DNA of 64,000 nt from Sphaerodactylus townsendi (Eukaryota), in NCBI RefSeq assembly GCF_021028975.2, contig NC_059427.1, positions 156,178,001 to 156,242,000 on the forward strand. The letters run 5' to 3'. Both the position numbers and the translations under genes were made by a program. Positions 49,187-60,839 of this stretch are shown here, piece by piece; position 1 is the first letter of the stretch, and every line of letters begins with the position of its first letter. The notes below the pieces were generated by a model. The model did no database searches, was not told where the DNA came from, and saw only the letters and a program-made list of their open reading frames with translations.

Positions 49187-50168
49187 ACCTGACAGAAGCA
49201 TGCTCCTTCTGTCCTTTTTTCCCCCCCTCCTGGAATATACGCGTTTTCTCATAGGTGCTAAAGAGCTACTAGTGACGGTTCTTGAGGGGACGACAAACAA
49301 GTCCATCTTCCCCCAAACATAATTGCTTCCATAATCATAGGAAACTGACTAACCAACAGGCATTTCCAGCCTGTGGTTTTCGTTAAAAGAAGACCAGCTG
49401 GCTTCTCCATCGTTGATTTCTTTCTCGGACTCTTGCGTTATCTTTCACTCTTCAAAATCTCCTGACTAATAGACAGAAATCCTGTACCTGCCCGGGACAG
49501 TCCAACGCTTTATATCTGGGCTCCTTCTTTTGGGTGCTGAGCTGCCGAAATGAATTATTTTGCCATGCAGAGATAGGCAAGGCCGGACAGATCCTAGGTC
49601 ATTCTCAAAGTGGCCGGTTCGTGTGTAAACCTAGCGAGAGGTTCGGTGTACACGTTTCATGACAGGATCATATCTCTTATCTGGTAGCAGAAGATGGACA
49701 TGCGTGCCGATCGGATTGCTGGAAAGAAGGAGAGAAGATCGACCTTTAAGGAGATTATTCCTTGGAATAACAGCAATCCTTTTCCTCCGCGATCCTTCCG
49801 AGCAACTGGTTTTGTTTTCTGCCGTCATTCTCCCAGCATTATGGTCTTTCCTAATGAGCGTGTTGATATTCTGGGGGCTCACCTTCCTATCCCCATGAGT
49901 TTGGGCTCTAAATTGGCCCAAGGCTTTATGGGAACCCCGAATTGAGGAGGTCTATTCTCTCTTCCAAGACCCCCGCCCCCCAATCCCAAACAAGGACAGG
50001 AGGCCTGCTCGTGTCCTGTGTAGCATTCCTGAGAGTTCTCTTGTTCAGCATTGCAACTTCTTTGGCTTCGGTGGTCTTGACTGAGGACAACTGCAATTGA
50101 CCTGCAGAATTATCCTTGCCAGCCCCAGCAGGGAGAGATTTAAATCCCCTCCACCCCCCTACCCCCAT

Positions 50169-50463
50169 CGTGGCGTAGTGGTTAAGAGCAGGTGCACTCT
50201 AATCTGGAGAACTGGGTTTGAGTCCCCCTGCTGCCACTTGAGCTGTGGAGGCTTATCTGGGGAATTCAGATTAGCTCTGTGCACTCCAACACCTGGATGA
50301 CCTTGGGCTAGTCATAGTTCTTTGGAGCTCTTTCAACCCCACCCACCTCCCAGGGCGTATGTTGTGGGCAGGGGAGAGAAAGGAGATTGTCAGCCCCTTT
50401 GAGTCTCCTTACAGGAGAGAAAGGGGGATATAAATCCAAACTGCTACTACTACTACTCCTTCT
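50169..50463 (+). mobile_element. Near-full-length tRNA-derived SINE (Squam3-like, gecko type)
   Basis: Pol III A box TGGCGTAGTGG 50171-50181 and B box GGTTTGAGTCC 50215-50225. Body gatgaccttgggctagtca...ccacctcccaggg. L2-type tail gagaaagggggatataaatccaaa followed by (CTA)n. Confidence 0.85.
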
Positions 50464-51410
50464 GTAACACCCCCCCCCCCCCACACACACACACCAGCCC
50501 AAGTTCCTTTAAGTTCAGCCTGTCTACACTGTACTTACAGTTTACAGCCTTCCCTGACTTGCTGGAACTAATAAACGTTTTATTAAAAGGTTTTGATGGA
50601 TTCACCTTTGGGATTAACTAAGATAATAGTTTATTACACTGTGAAAGATTAAACTGAGAGTACCCTGGTGGGAAAAAAATAAACATTACAAATAACGAGG
50701 CTCTGCTTTAAGCAGGAGACACCATTGTTCCCAGCCACTCAAAAACATAAGTCACTGCGTGTTTTTTCCAACAGATTCAAATACGCATTTGCTCTTAAAA
50801 GGCAATTAGAAAGATCTTCTTAGACAACCACAAATGTGTTTTTGCAAACCTTTTATTTGTGTGTGCTGGGCCCGGGCCGGGCCGGGGGCTGCTGCGGTGG
50901 TGTGGGTGTTTTTTGTTTTTGCGGGGAGTCAGTGCTGGATAGAGCAGAAGAGCAAATTAGGTAGAAAATTCAGCCTCTCGGATAAAAGGGAAGGAAGCCC
51001 TGATGGGACAAAAGGGAATGCCCAATGGTCATTCCCTAAGTTCTCTCCCTTGCCCAGGAAATCTGATGTCCTCCAAATACCTTGCATTTTGGGTAGATAT
51101 CCGTGGAACGGACTCCCCTGCCAGTATATGAATGAAACTCCTTGAAACACGCTGGTACTGTATCCACAAATCATTCAATTTTTTTCGACTGTCCATAGAA
51201 GTAATGAGAATAACTAAATACAGCCTATAAAATCTGACATATGGTGGGGAGAGGGGTGTGTGGAGAGAGGAGCACATCTTTGCACATTTCTATCCCAAAT
51301 TCTGTTGACTTGTTGTTCCCTAATAGTATTTATTTACACAGATATATGTAAGTGCCTGGGGAAACCATGAATCTCTGTCAATATATATAATACATAGGAT
51401 GCTATATAGC

Positions 51411-51412
<2 letters not shown>

Positions 51413-51462
<50 letters not shown>
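51413..51462. repeat. (TG)n microsatellite
   Basis: Directly visible. Confidence 0.95.
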
Positions 51463-51466
<4 letters not shown>

Positions 51467-51892
51467 TTTGTTTGTTTGTGTGGGGCGGGGAAGAGTCAGA
51501 TGAACCACTCAAGATACCCATACAGAGCAAACATATCTTCAGTACATACATAAATACGTATAGGTATTATATGTACACATCTATATGCATATACCCGGGA
51601 ATGGCTAAATAAAATCCTTCAGAACAGTGTGTAGGAACATGCTATGACTTTCCTTCTTTTGCACATGCATATCTTGGGGGTGGGGGTGGGGGCACAGGGT
51701 TAAAAACACAATACAGTCCAAAAGAACAGATCTTTGCAGTTAAAAAAAATATCAAGGAGCGGGAATCTCTTAATAGGATTAAACTACATGTGCTTCTTAC
51801 ATCTGATTCCAAAGGTCATCAAGCTTTAAATGCTATTTAGGAAAACTGAGCAGAGCTCATCCCCCACTCTCGTGTGACCCCCCCAATTCACC

Positions 51893-51996
51893 ATCTTTTA
51901 TCTTTTATCTTTTATCTTTTATCTTTTATCTTTTATCTTTTATCTATCTTTTATCTTTTATCTTTTATCTTTTATCTTTTCTTCACCATCTTTTAT
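51893..51996. repeat. (TCTTTTA)n heptamer repeat
   Basis: Directly visible, with two interruptions. Confidence 0.9.
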
Positions 51997-52923
51997 TGAA
52001 TCTGCTCGAGTACATTGATAGTTGGGCAGTTTCGCTGGCTCGAAGACAGGACCCTGGGCAGAGCTATCTCACTCCAAGCCCTTCTGTTTCAATGGGCTTA
52101 GACTGGGCTACCTCTACATAGGATTGCATGAACAAACAAGCAGCCTGTGCTTCATAAACGAGTTCTGCCCAGCTATGGAAATCTCTTCAATCAATAGAAC
52201 TCAAGTAATAAGTCAGCTCCTCAAAGGAAAATCAGACACTGTTTGAAATCAAGTTAGGGTCAGAACGTAGAGGGGAAATGCTCAAAAGCTGGCATTGAGA
52301 TAGTTAGCATGTAAATCCTGGTGTATTCGCACTTGCCTGTTCCCTGAGGGACCACAAAATCAAGGATTGCCTTGAACAGCCAGACCTCTCAGGCAAAAGT
52401 TGTCAACAAACGAGTGTTTCTAAAAATTCAGCAATTTCACGCAGGCAGGCCATTTACACGTCCACATGTAGCTCAGCACATGTTTATGAAATCAACACAA
52501 GAATGATTCACATGTGCATAAACATCCCATAAAAATGGAGAAATCACTAGTAACATGAAATACTACACTACACTACTACACAGTACTATCACTGCCAAAC
52601 AAACCCTACCCCTGCTATATTCCTGCTGCTAAGTACCAGTATTGCGATGGATACTCTCTCACACTGACTTCTCACCTCTAAGATTTTTTGGAAGCAACAC
52701 ATCTGATTTAAAGCGAGCAAAATGCAAAGCCAGTCTGTAGACCCTTCTTTTCTCTCACCCGCACCCTCATGGATGTAACCAAATGGCTTGGAATTGAGGT
52801 ATCCAAAGCCCAAAGGACTTTTATTCAAAACTACTCAAAGCAGTCTAAAATGTGTACATATTTCCAGTCCATGTTAGAACAACTCAGTGGACAATTAAAG
52901 AAACCATCTGTGTACTTTTTATT

Positions 52924-52957
<34 letters not shown>

Positions 52958-54010
52958 TAAAATCTTTCTTTACTCCAAGTCTTTGTTTTTCCTTGAAGTC
53001 TACTCTGCTGCATTTGCAGTGGGTTCATAAGATACACATCAGAGGGATTTATAAAGCAAAGAATTGGGGAGGGGATTTTCTCCCCTTGTCTCTGTGCTTT
53101 TTTCAAAAGACAGATTCTTCCCCAAATTTTCAGTCTCCAATGGCTTGTGGCCAGCCACTAGATCCAAAGAACAAGGAACCAAGAAAAACAAACAAATAAA
53201 CAAATCCAAGCAGTTCCTCAAGAAAGAAGATGGGTCCAAGCATAGACAATTATGCAAATATAACCGTAGCAAAATAAGAGGAAACGGATATTTTCTTTGT
53301 TTTCAACGCGCCCCTATATTTGCATTCAAATTAGCATTTTAATAGCGTTGGAAGCTTTGCTCATCTCTTTAAAATAATTTTTTAAGGCATAGGTAGTATC
53401 TGCAAAAGACAAGAGACCACTATGCCCTCTTAACTCCCTCCCCCATCCCACCCCCATCCAGTGCTGGCAGTTATAGGCACATAGACCTTTTCTTTAAAAA
53501 AATCAGTAAAGCCAACAATTCCTACCCAGCTGAAAAATATTGTTTGGACTGCGGACTAGATCAGTCTCGGAGAGTTCATGAACTGAAGCCCCTCGATTAG
53601 TCATCAAATAAATAAGTATATAAACAAGGGAGATTTGCAATATAGATTCGAAGCACTGTCTTCAGCTGAGAGGGGGAGGGGAGGGGGAGGGGGAGGGAGG
53701 GACAGGGGATTGTTTCACCCCAACCAGACCCCCCCCCCATTTTTTTGTTCTGAAGGGGTGAAAAAGGTGGGATTGGGGATAAGAAAGGAGGGGAGCAGAA
53801 AGGGGAAAAACAACAACAACTATTTCTCCAGCATAAAAATGAAACATCATATTCGTTTGCCTTTGGGCTTCATTTTTTCCCTTCTACATTATAACTAGTT
53901 ATTGAACTCGCTAGAAGATCTAAAGGCCATTTGCGAGGAGACAAATATCAATGGAGGTTCCCCATCAATAACTCCTTGGCAGTGACCTATTGGATCAAGT
54001 CAAACAGTTG

Positions 54011-54027
54011 AGGTGAAATTCAGGTCA
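54011..54027 (+). promoter_or_regulatory. DR5 retinoic acid response element upstream of HOXC4
   Basis: AGGTGA-aattc-AGGTCA has the same form as the Hoxa4/Hoxd4 upstream RAREs. It is preceded by the block CCATCAATAACTCCTTGGCAGTG...GTCAAACAG. Confidence 0.85.
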
Positions 54028-56979
54028 CGCCGTCTAAGCAATATTAAAATGCGCCCACTTCTTAAAAAGCCACTTTCAACGAGATTTGAAGAAAATTGAA
54101 TTCCTGGGAGAGGAAGGGAGGGGCGAGTGGGGCCTGGGGGGCCCTTCGGAGAGAAAGAGGAAACTGTTTGCATATATATATATGTTTTCTTCTTTAACAA
54201 ACAGCAAGAATTAGCCTTCAGAGCTTTAAAACGGTGGGATAAATATTTGCAAGATTTTAGCTTCTGGAGAAGCTAAAAAGAAAAATGTGTTCTTCCTATG
54301 TTTGTGTGTGTATGTGTGTGTTACTTCTGGTGACATGCTTTGGTTATTCAAATCGTTTTGCCCCGACTCATTACTTTTCGTGACAACAGATTTAAGGAAA
54401 AATCAATTAAACATTTGCATATTTCTTTGCATAAATTAGACCTGTCTCTTTGCGTGGTGGTGGGGAACCAGGAAAGGGAGAAAGGAGGAAAACGGTTTGG
54501 TTGGCCNNNNNNNNNNNNNNNNNNNNNNNNNNNNNNNNNNNNNNNNNNNNNNNNNNNNNNNNNNNNNNNNNNNNNNNNNNNNNNNNNNNNNNNNNNNNNN
54601 NNNNNNNNNNNNNNNNNNNNNNNNNNNNNNNNNNNNNNNNNNNNNNNTAATGATATTAGCATTGCTATTTGCAGGAAAAATAAACAGCGTTTACTCTCTC
54701 CCTGCCAAAAAAAATAAATCTCTAGTCATCTTACGGTCATCTTGACAGAGAAAGCATACACGTCAACCAATGAAGCCAATGACATTTTAAGCAGGAGTTG
54801 GGGGGAAAGCAGAATTCACAGGGTTTAGGATTCACTGCAAAGTTCCAAGACCTCATCTTCGGACACATTCAAGCTGCACTCTCCTTCCCCACCCTAGTAT
54901 ATTGTATAATTAGTTAACTTGAATGGATTTTTAAAAACGAAATTAATATTCAAAGATACCAGTACTTATAAGGCATAATCACGTGTGGTCTGAAATACTG
55001 GAGGGGCTGCCCGCCCTGTGTGGCGCCCCCGTATTACAGCCATCAACACGGATTGTTTTGTGCGTCCTTGTTGGATGGTTGTGTGTAACCTTAACTGGGA
55101 AACCGTTCACATGGGGGGGGGGGGGGGTTGTATAATCATTATTATTAGTATTATAACTATTATGATTCCTAAAACCTGAAACAGCAAAGCCTCGGTGAAT
55201 ACGTACTTCATTTTTTTTCCCCCTCAAACCAAGATGCACAGATTGCAAATGGCTAGAGGTGTAGGTTACCAAGCGGTCAGTATGGTAATAGCTTTCACAA
55301 TGAATCCGCAGGGACAATGAGCGCTTATTTTTCTTCAGTACTGTCAAGGAGGCGCTTTGTGCTCTGAAATGGTCCTGGAAATGGTAGCCAGATAGATACA
55401 CGTTTGCAACCCGATTCCTGGCTCGGGTAGGAAATAAAGGCCAGAAATATATTTGATGGAAGTGTTATATTTCTCTTTGCTGTTGTCGCTTTGGACGGGG
55501 GGGGGGGGACACTCCCCCCCACATTGTTCTGCTGGTTGGGCTGAGGCCAGTGTGAAAGGGGGGGGAGGGACGCTTTAGAGACAAAAGAGGTCCCCCACCC
55601 ACGATTTTTTTTCACACGTCCTTGGAGTCTTCTTTGATAGAGACAATAAAAGGAAACTTAGGGAAGCAAGTGTTGTTGTTTTTACAAATAAATATTTTGA
55701 TGAAAATAAAACTTTAGAAAAGAGAACATGCGTACATGTGTGTGTGTGCACGCACGCATATATAAATAAACAGCAAAGGAGTAAATTTTAAAAGTTGCTT
55801 GCCTGCAATGAAATTAACAAGGAAGTAGTTAATTTCAGTCCCCTTTGGGGTTGTGTGTGCACATACACAATGAGAGAGAGGAAACTATGATTCAAGATTC
55901 AAAGCCCACTTGATTTCAGAAGTGCTTACTTTCAAGCAAATATGTAGAAGTTCGGTCTCTGAAATCAAGTGAGCATTCCACAGTCTGATCCTAACACATT
56001 TACTCACAAATTGATTCCACTTTCATTCTGAAGTTAGTATGTGTTCCTGAAACTTCATCTGGAGATTGATTGTCAGTGGAGCAACTTCCAAGGAATTAGG
56101 TTCCAAGATGACAAAGCTGTATTCCCTTCCATTCGACGTGTAAAAAAAAATAATAATTCAAGGAGTACTCATCAGCTTGTAGATTAATGGTTGCTAAATA
56201 TTTATCAGGATTGCCCTCATAAGCCAGGAGTTGTTATGCAATAGCAAGCACATCTTTTTCGGAGTAGTTCTGTTTGGATTCAGATGGGACTCCCTGGGAA
56301 ANNNNNNNNNNNNNNNNNNNNNNNNNNNNNNNNNNNNNNNNNNNNNNNNNNNNNNNNNNNNNNNNNNNNNNNNNNNNNNNNNNNNNNNNNNNNNNNNNNN
56401 NNNNNNNNNNNNNNNNNNNNNNNNNNNNNNNNNNNNNNNNNNNNNNNNNNNNNNNNNNNNNNNNNNNNNNNNNNNNNNNNNNNNNNNNNNNNNNNNNNNN
56501 NNNNNNNNNNNNNNNNNNNNNNNNNNNNNNNNNNNNNNNNNNNNNNNNNNNNNNNNNNNNNNNNNNNNNNNNNNNNNNNNNNNNNNNNNNNTTGGAAACT
56601 GGTACTGGGAAATCCTATGAGAAAGGCTGGGGCGAGTTGGGGGAAGGCGGTTAAGGAGGGCCCAGCTGGGACAACTGAACTGCTGAACTCTTTAAGCTGG
56701 TGCAAAAAGCACTATACAAGTAGGAAGCAGTTATAGCGTCAGATAAGGTGCTGGAGATCATAACACTATTATTCTTTCTCTCCCTAGAGAAAGATAGAGT
56801 TCAATGAGAGTGGGGGAGGGAGAAGAAGACCTAGCCTTTCCGCCTGATGACAGATCCATAGCAGCAGTAAGGGTAATCTCAGCCCAGGCAGTTACCGTCG
56901 TGGCCCTTGCAAACTCCCCCTCCCATGAGAACCAGTGAGACATGTGCTTCCCTCAACATCACAAAGGCCAAATTCTCCG

Positions 56980-57062
56980 GTCCTCTATATGTCCCCTGCA
57001 GAATCGAATTCGTGTGCTGTGCCTCAAGCACAGATTCGTCTCTAGGGGAGTATATGGAGGAT
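56980..57062 (+). ncRNA. mir-10c: miR-10 family precursor (HoxC paralogue, miR-10c) with divergent 5p arm
   Basis: Hairpin GTCCTCTATATG-TCCCCTGCAGAATCGAATTCGTG-loop-ACAGATTCGTCTCTAGGGGAGTATATGGAGGAT aligns end to end with miR-10 precursors. It sits at the canonical position, about 2 kb upstream of Hox4. Confidence 0.9.
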
Positions 57063-57417
57063 GCCAGAACCTTGTAAGTCTTCTGCTATCCTTGCAGATG
57101 TTGCAATTAAAGTCATAAATATCTGAAATTGGGGGAGGGGTAGCATTAGTTTATTTTTCTCTTTTCTTTCTGGTTTTTTTAAAAGACCCAAAACTTTTAA
57201 AAGGAAGTACAGATCCAGAGGAGGCGTCTCGTGCTAGATTGAACTAAGGAGTTAAAAAAAGGGGGAAGGCAAAAGGTCCCCCCATAATAAAAATCATAAT
57301 TATTACTCTTCTTGGAAAGAAGGAAGAGCAGGAACCGCAAACGCAAGCTCACACAAGCCTGTGCCAGAGAGAGAGAGAGAGAGAGGGAGAGGGAGAGAGA
57401 GACCTAACCATTTCAAG

Positions 57418-57452
57418 TGACTGATTTATGGCGTTTTACAGCCCCATAAAAA
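57418..57452. promoter_or_regulatory. Pbx-Hox/Cdx site cluster between miR-10c and HOXC4
   Basis: TGACTGATTTATGG (TGATTTATGG 57422-57431), TTTTACAG and CCATAAAAA. Confidence 0.55.
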
Positions 57453-58910
57453 CTGTTACAACCAGCCCAGAGCCTCCGACACCGCTGGCACATTTAGTCT
57501 AATAAATAAAACATAAACAGTTAACTTTATGTGGCACTTTTATTGTTATCAAGTAAAATATTGCAATGCCCTGCAAGCTATGATTTTCAACTATAATTGT
57601 TATCAAGCCGTACAAGGGATTAATCCGACTCCCAGCGCCCCATCTTAATGTAAGCGACTGATAAAGCCCTGCTCTGCCATCACCGGAGCTCTTTTAAAAG
57701 GTTTGCCTCTTCTCTTCAGCTTTCTTAACTTACCCAGGGGTCTGTTTATACTGGCATAGGGGGTGGAGTTTGGGGTACTTTGCTCTGGAATGTCTTCTGC
57801 CCACCATCCCTGATTCCACCAGGAAGTGAGATGCTCAGGACGGATGGTACCCACCTCTCCATGAATCTGGGTGCCACGGAGAGTGGAAGGGAATCAGACC
57901 TGCCTCTTGTAGAGAGGAGGGTGGGGGTGGGGAGCCATCTTCCTTTCTTATGTACCTCTCTGCTTTCAAACAGGATTGGGCACCTGCCTGTTCTTCCCGG
58001 GGTGACCAAAGGACAGCAGAACCTCCCATGGATAAAACCAGCCGAGTATTAAAAACAAAAAAGCGACTTGCCTCCCAGTTTAATAACCCCCATCCCAAAT
58101 GGCTAACAGGGGGGTGGACGGTAGTCCTGCCATCTGGCTGGGTAAGGAGCCTCCTGCTTTCCATTCACAACCACATCAGCTCCTCTCTACCAAGCAAGCT
58201 CGCCTTTCCTGCAAAGGTGGATGAGCTTTTTCACACAGATCTCCAAATGACGCCAAGGTGATTTGCATATCCCCTTTCCTTCCCTCCTCCCAGGTAACCT
58301 GTCTCCTTTGTTTCCCCCCTCTAAGCCCCTGGATCACAAAATATTTAGCCGTCTTCCAATGAGGGGGGGGGCATTGTGTGTGATTGTGGGGGGGGGACAG
58401 AACAGTTTTGCAGGCAGTGCCACTGATCGTGGAAGGAGGGAGGCGAGGGGGGAACCTCTCTCTCCCACCAGTTTTTCTTTTAAGGTGAAACCAGCAGAAA
58501 TGGTTTCAAGCCAGCTTGCTTCCCTGGGGCGTCCAAGGATCTTCTTGAGCGGGGATCAGTTCCCTCGTGGATCGCTACAGGCGAGGAGGTCCTGCTGGAT
58601 ACCTGCAAGGGGGTGGGGAGGCTCCTCCTGACCCTGAGTCTCTCCCCTGCCTCTGGTGTCCTTTCATGATGCTGCGCCTTGCTTTTTCTGGAAGGGAAGG
58701 CTCCTAGATCTCTTCCCCCCACCCTCCATCCAGCTTTTTTGGCTCCGAGTTCCAAGGGTGCTCCCAAACCACAACGAGAGCACCCACCCACCCACTGCCT
58801 TTCTCTCTCGCGCACACACACGCGCGCGCGAGCATCACACACACACACACACAAATTGGATACATTTTGAATAAGCTTTTGGTTCCTTATCCGGGGACTC
58901 GCTCGGCGGG

Positions 58911-59031
58911 CGTGATTGGCGCAACGAGTCACATGGTGAAACTAACTTTACGGGGTCGCCAGCTAGTAGGAGGGTTTTATGGAGCAGAAAAACGACAAAG
59001 CGAGAAAAATTATTTTCCACTCCAGAAATTA
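58911..59031 (+). promoter_or_regulatory. HOXC4 proximal promoter / conserved 5' leader
   Basis: ATTGG 58915-58919, GTCACATG 58928-58935, then GCTAGTAGGAGGG-TTTATGGAGCAGAAAAACGACAAAGCGAGAAAAATTATTTTCCACTCCAGAAATTAATG, typical of Hox4 leaders. Confidence 0.75.
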
Positions 59032-59494
59032 ATGATCATGAGCTCGTATTTGATGGACTCTAACTACATCGATCCGAAATTCCCTCCATGCGAGGAATAT
59101 TCGCAAAATAATTACATCCCCGACCACAGTCCGGAATATTACAGCCGGACCAGAGAGTCCAGTTTCCAGCACCACCACCAGGAGCTGTACCCTCCGCCTC
59201 CTCCTCCGCCGCCGCGACCCGGCTACCCCGAGCGCCAGTACAGCTGCGCCGGCCTCCCCGGGCCCGGGAGCAACCCCCCGGCGCACCCCAGGGGCCATGG
59301 ACCGCCGTCCGGGGGCCACCACCTCCCCGACAAGCCCCCGCAGCTCTGCGACCAAACGGCGCTCTCCAGCGCGGCCGCCTCGCCGGCCCCGGCCCCCCCA
59401 GCCTGCACCCAGCAGACCCCCGAGCATCCCAGCACCACGGCCGCCAAGCAGCCCATCGTCTACCCCTGGATGAAAAAAATCCACGTCAGTACCG
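59032..59494 (+). CDS. HOXC4: Homeobox protein Hox-C4, exon 1
   Basis: Reads MIMSSYLMDSNYIDPKFPPCEEYSQ...KQPIVYPWMKKIHVST. Donor G|GTAGGT at 59494/59495. Joins 60089-60444 to give 272 aa. Confidence 0.96.
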
Positions 59495-59689
59495 GTAGGT
59501 AACTTTGCCCGGCTCTGGCCCCCCTCTCGGGTCCCTCTCGGGTCTTGTTCTCCCCCCACCCCACCCCATCCCCAAGCCCCCTGTCTCTCCTGCACAGGCT
59601 CTCTCTCTCTCTCTGCTGCGCGTGTGTCTGCCTCTCTCTCCCCTTTCCCCATCTCTGCCTTCGCCTTCCGCGAGAGGCTCCGGGTTAGC

Positions 59690-59750
59690 ACAATTGAGCT
59701 GGATTTACGACTCCGAGCGGGTAATTACACCCACCATAAATTTTATAGCC
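59690..59750. promoter_or_regulatory. Conserved Hox4 intronic homeodomain-binding element (HB1-like)
   Basis: TTTACGAC 59704-59711, TAATTA 59722-59727 and CCATAAATTTTATAG 59734-59748. Confidence 0.75.
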
Positions 59751-60088
59751 AAGCTAGTCTGGGCAGCCCCAGCCATGTGGTTCGTTCTGTTATGTATGCG
59801 TGAAACTCCGAAGGCTTTGCGAGGGGGTGCATAAATAATTCAGGCTCTTCCCAAGCCAGGGAAACCCCTTCTTATTAGAAGAGAAAGTCTTGGGTTCTTT
59901 ATAACCCGTTTAGCTGATGACTTCTCTCTCTCTCTCTCTCTCCCTCTTTTTCCCTCCCCCTTTCTCTCGAGCCACTGGAGAGCTCTCTTTCTCTCGTTGT
60001 GCACCTCTCTGTCGCCGCGCCTTCGCCTTTCTCCCTGTATTCATGCGACCCTTTGGGGGTTTTTTTCTCCCTTTCCCCTCCTTCCCAG

Positions 60089-60444
60089 TGAACCCCAATT
60101 ACAATGGAGGCGAGCCCAAACGATCCCGGACTGCCTACACGAGACAGCAGGTCTTGGAACTGGAGAAGGAATTCCACTATAACAGATACCTGACTAGGCG
60201 GCGGCGCATCGAGATCGCCCATTCCTTGTGTCTGTCGGAGAGACAGATCAAGATCTGGTTTCAGAACAGGCGGATGAAGTGGAAAAAAGACCACCGGCTG
60301 CCCAACACCAAAGTGCGGTCGACGGCGCCGGCCAATTCCTCCGGCAGCTCGATCCCGGCTTCTTCCAACCCCGTGGCAGCCAGTGAAGAGCAGTCGCAAA
60401 GCTCATCTCAGGACCAACGGCCAGAGGATATTACAAGGTTATAA
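60089..60444 (+). CDS. HOXC4: Homeobox protein Hox-C4, exon 2 (homeodomain)
   Basis: Acceptor CTTCCCAG| at 60088/60089. Reads [75 protein letters not shown]...EDITRL*. Confidence 0.97.
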
Positions 60445-60806
60445 ACAAACAAACAAAACAAAACAAAACAGAACAGAACAGAAAACCGACCGACCGACCC
60501 CCCCCCCAACAAAAAATTGACTCTGATTATTTATAGAATCTAATATATATCTATATATTTTGGTTCTTTTTGTTCCCCCCCTCCTCGTTTTTTTCCTCGT
60601 GCTTATATATATTTAAAGAAGAGGGGGTGGAAACACACAAAAGAAAGAGATCAGGCTTGAAGATCTCACACTTACGTGCATGTATTATTAGCATGAGATG
60701 CCAGGTGGAAGTACCTGCTGGGTTTTTTTTCCCAAAAAACCCGCCATTTTCCGGGTTTTATTTATTTTTTAAAGGGAAGGAGTCGAGGAGTTGTGTGAAT
60801 GTGCCC

Positions 60807-60839
<33 letters not shown>

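Noticed and set aside
50171-50235. tRNA gene
   Set aside because: A and B boxes are present but there is no cloverleaf, and it continues into a SINE body and tail.
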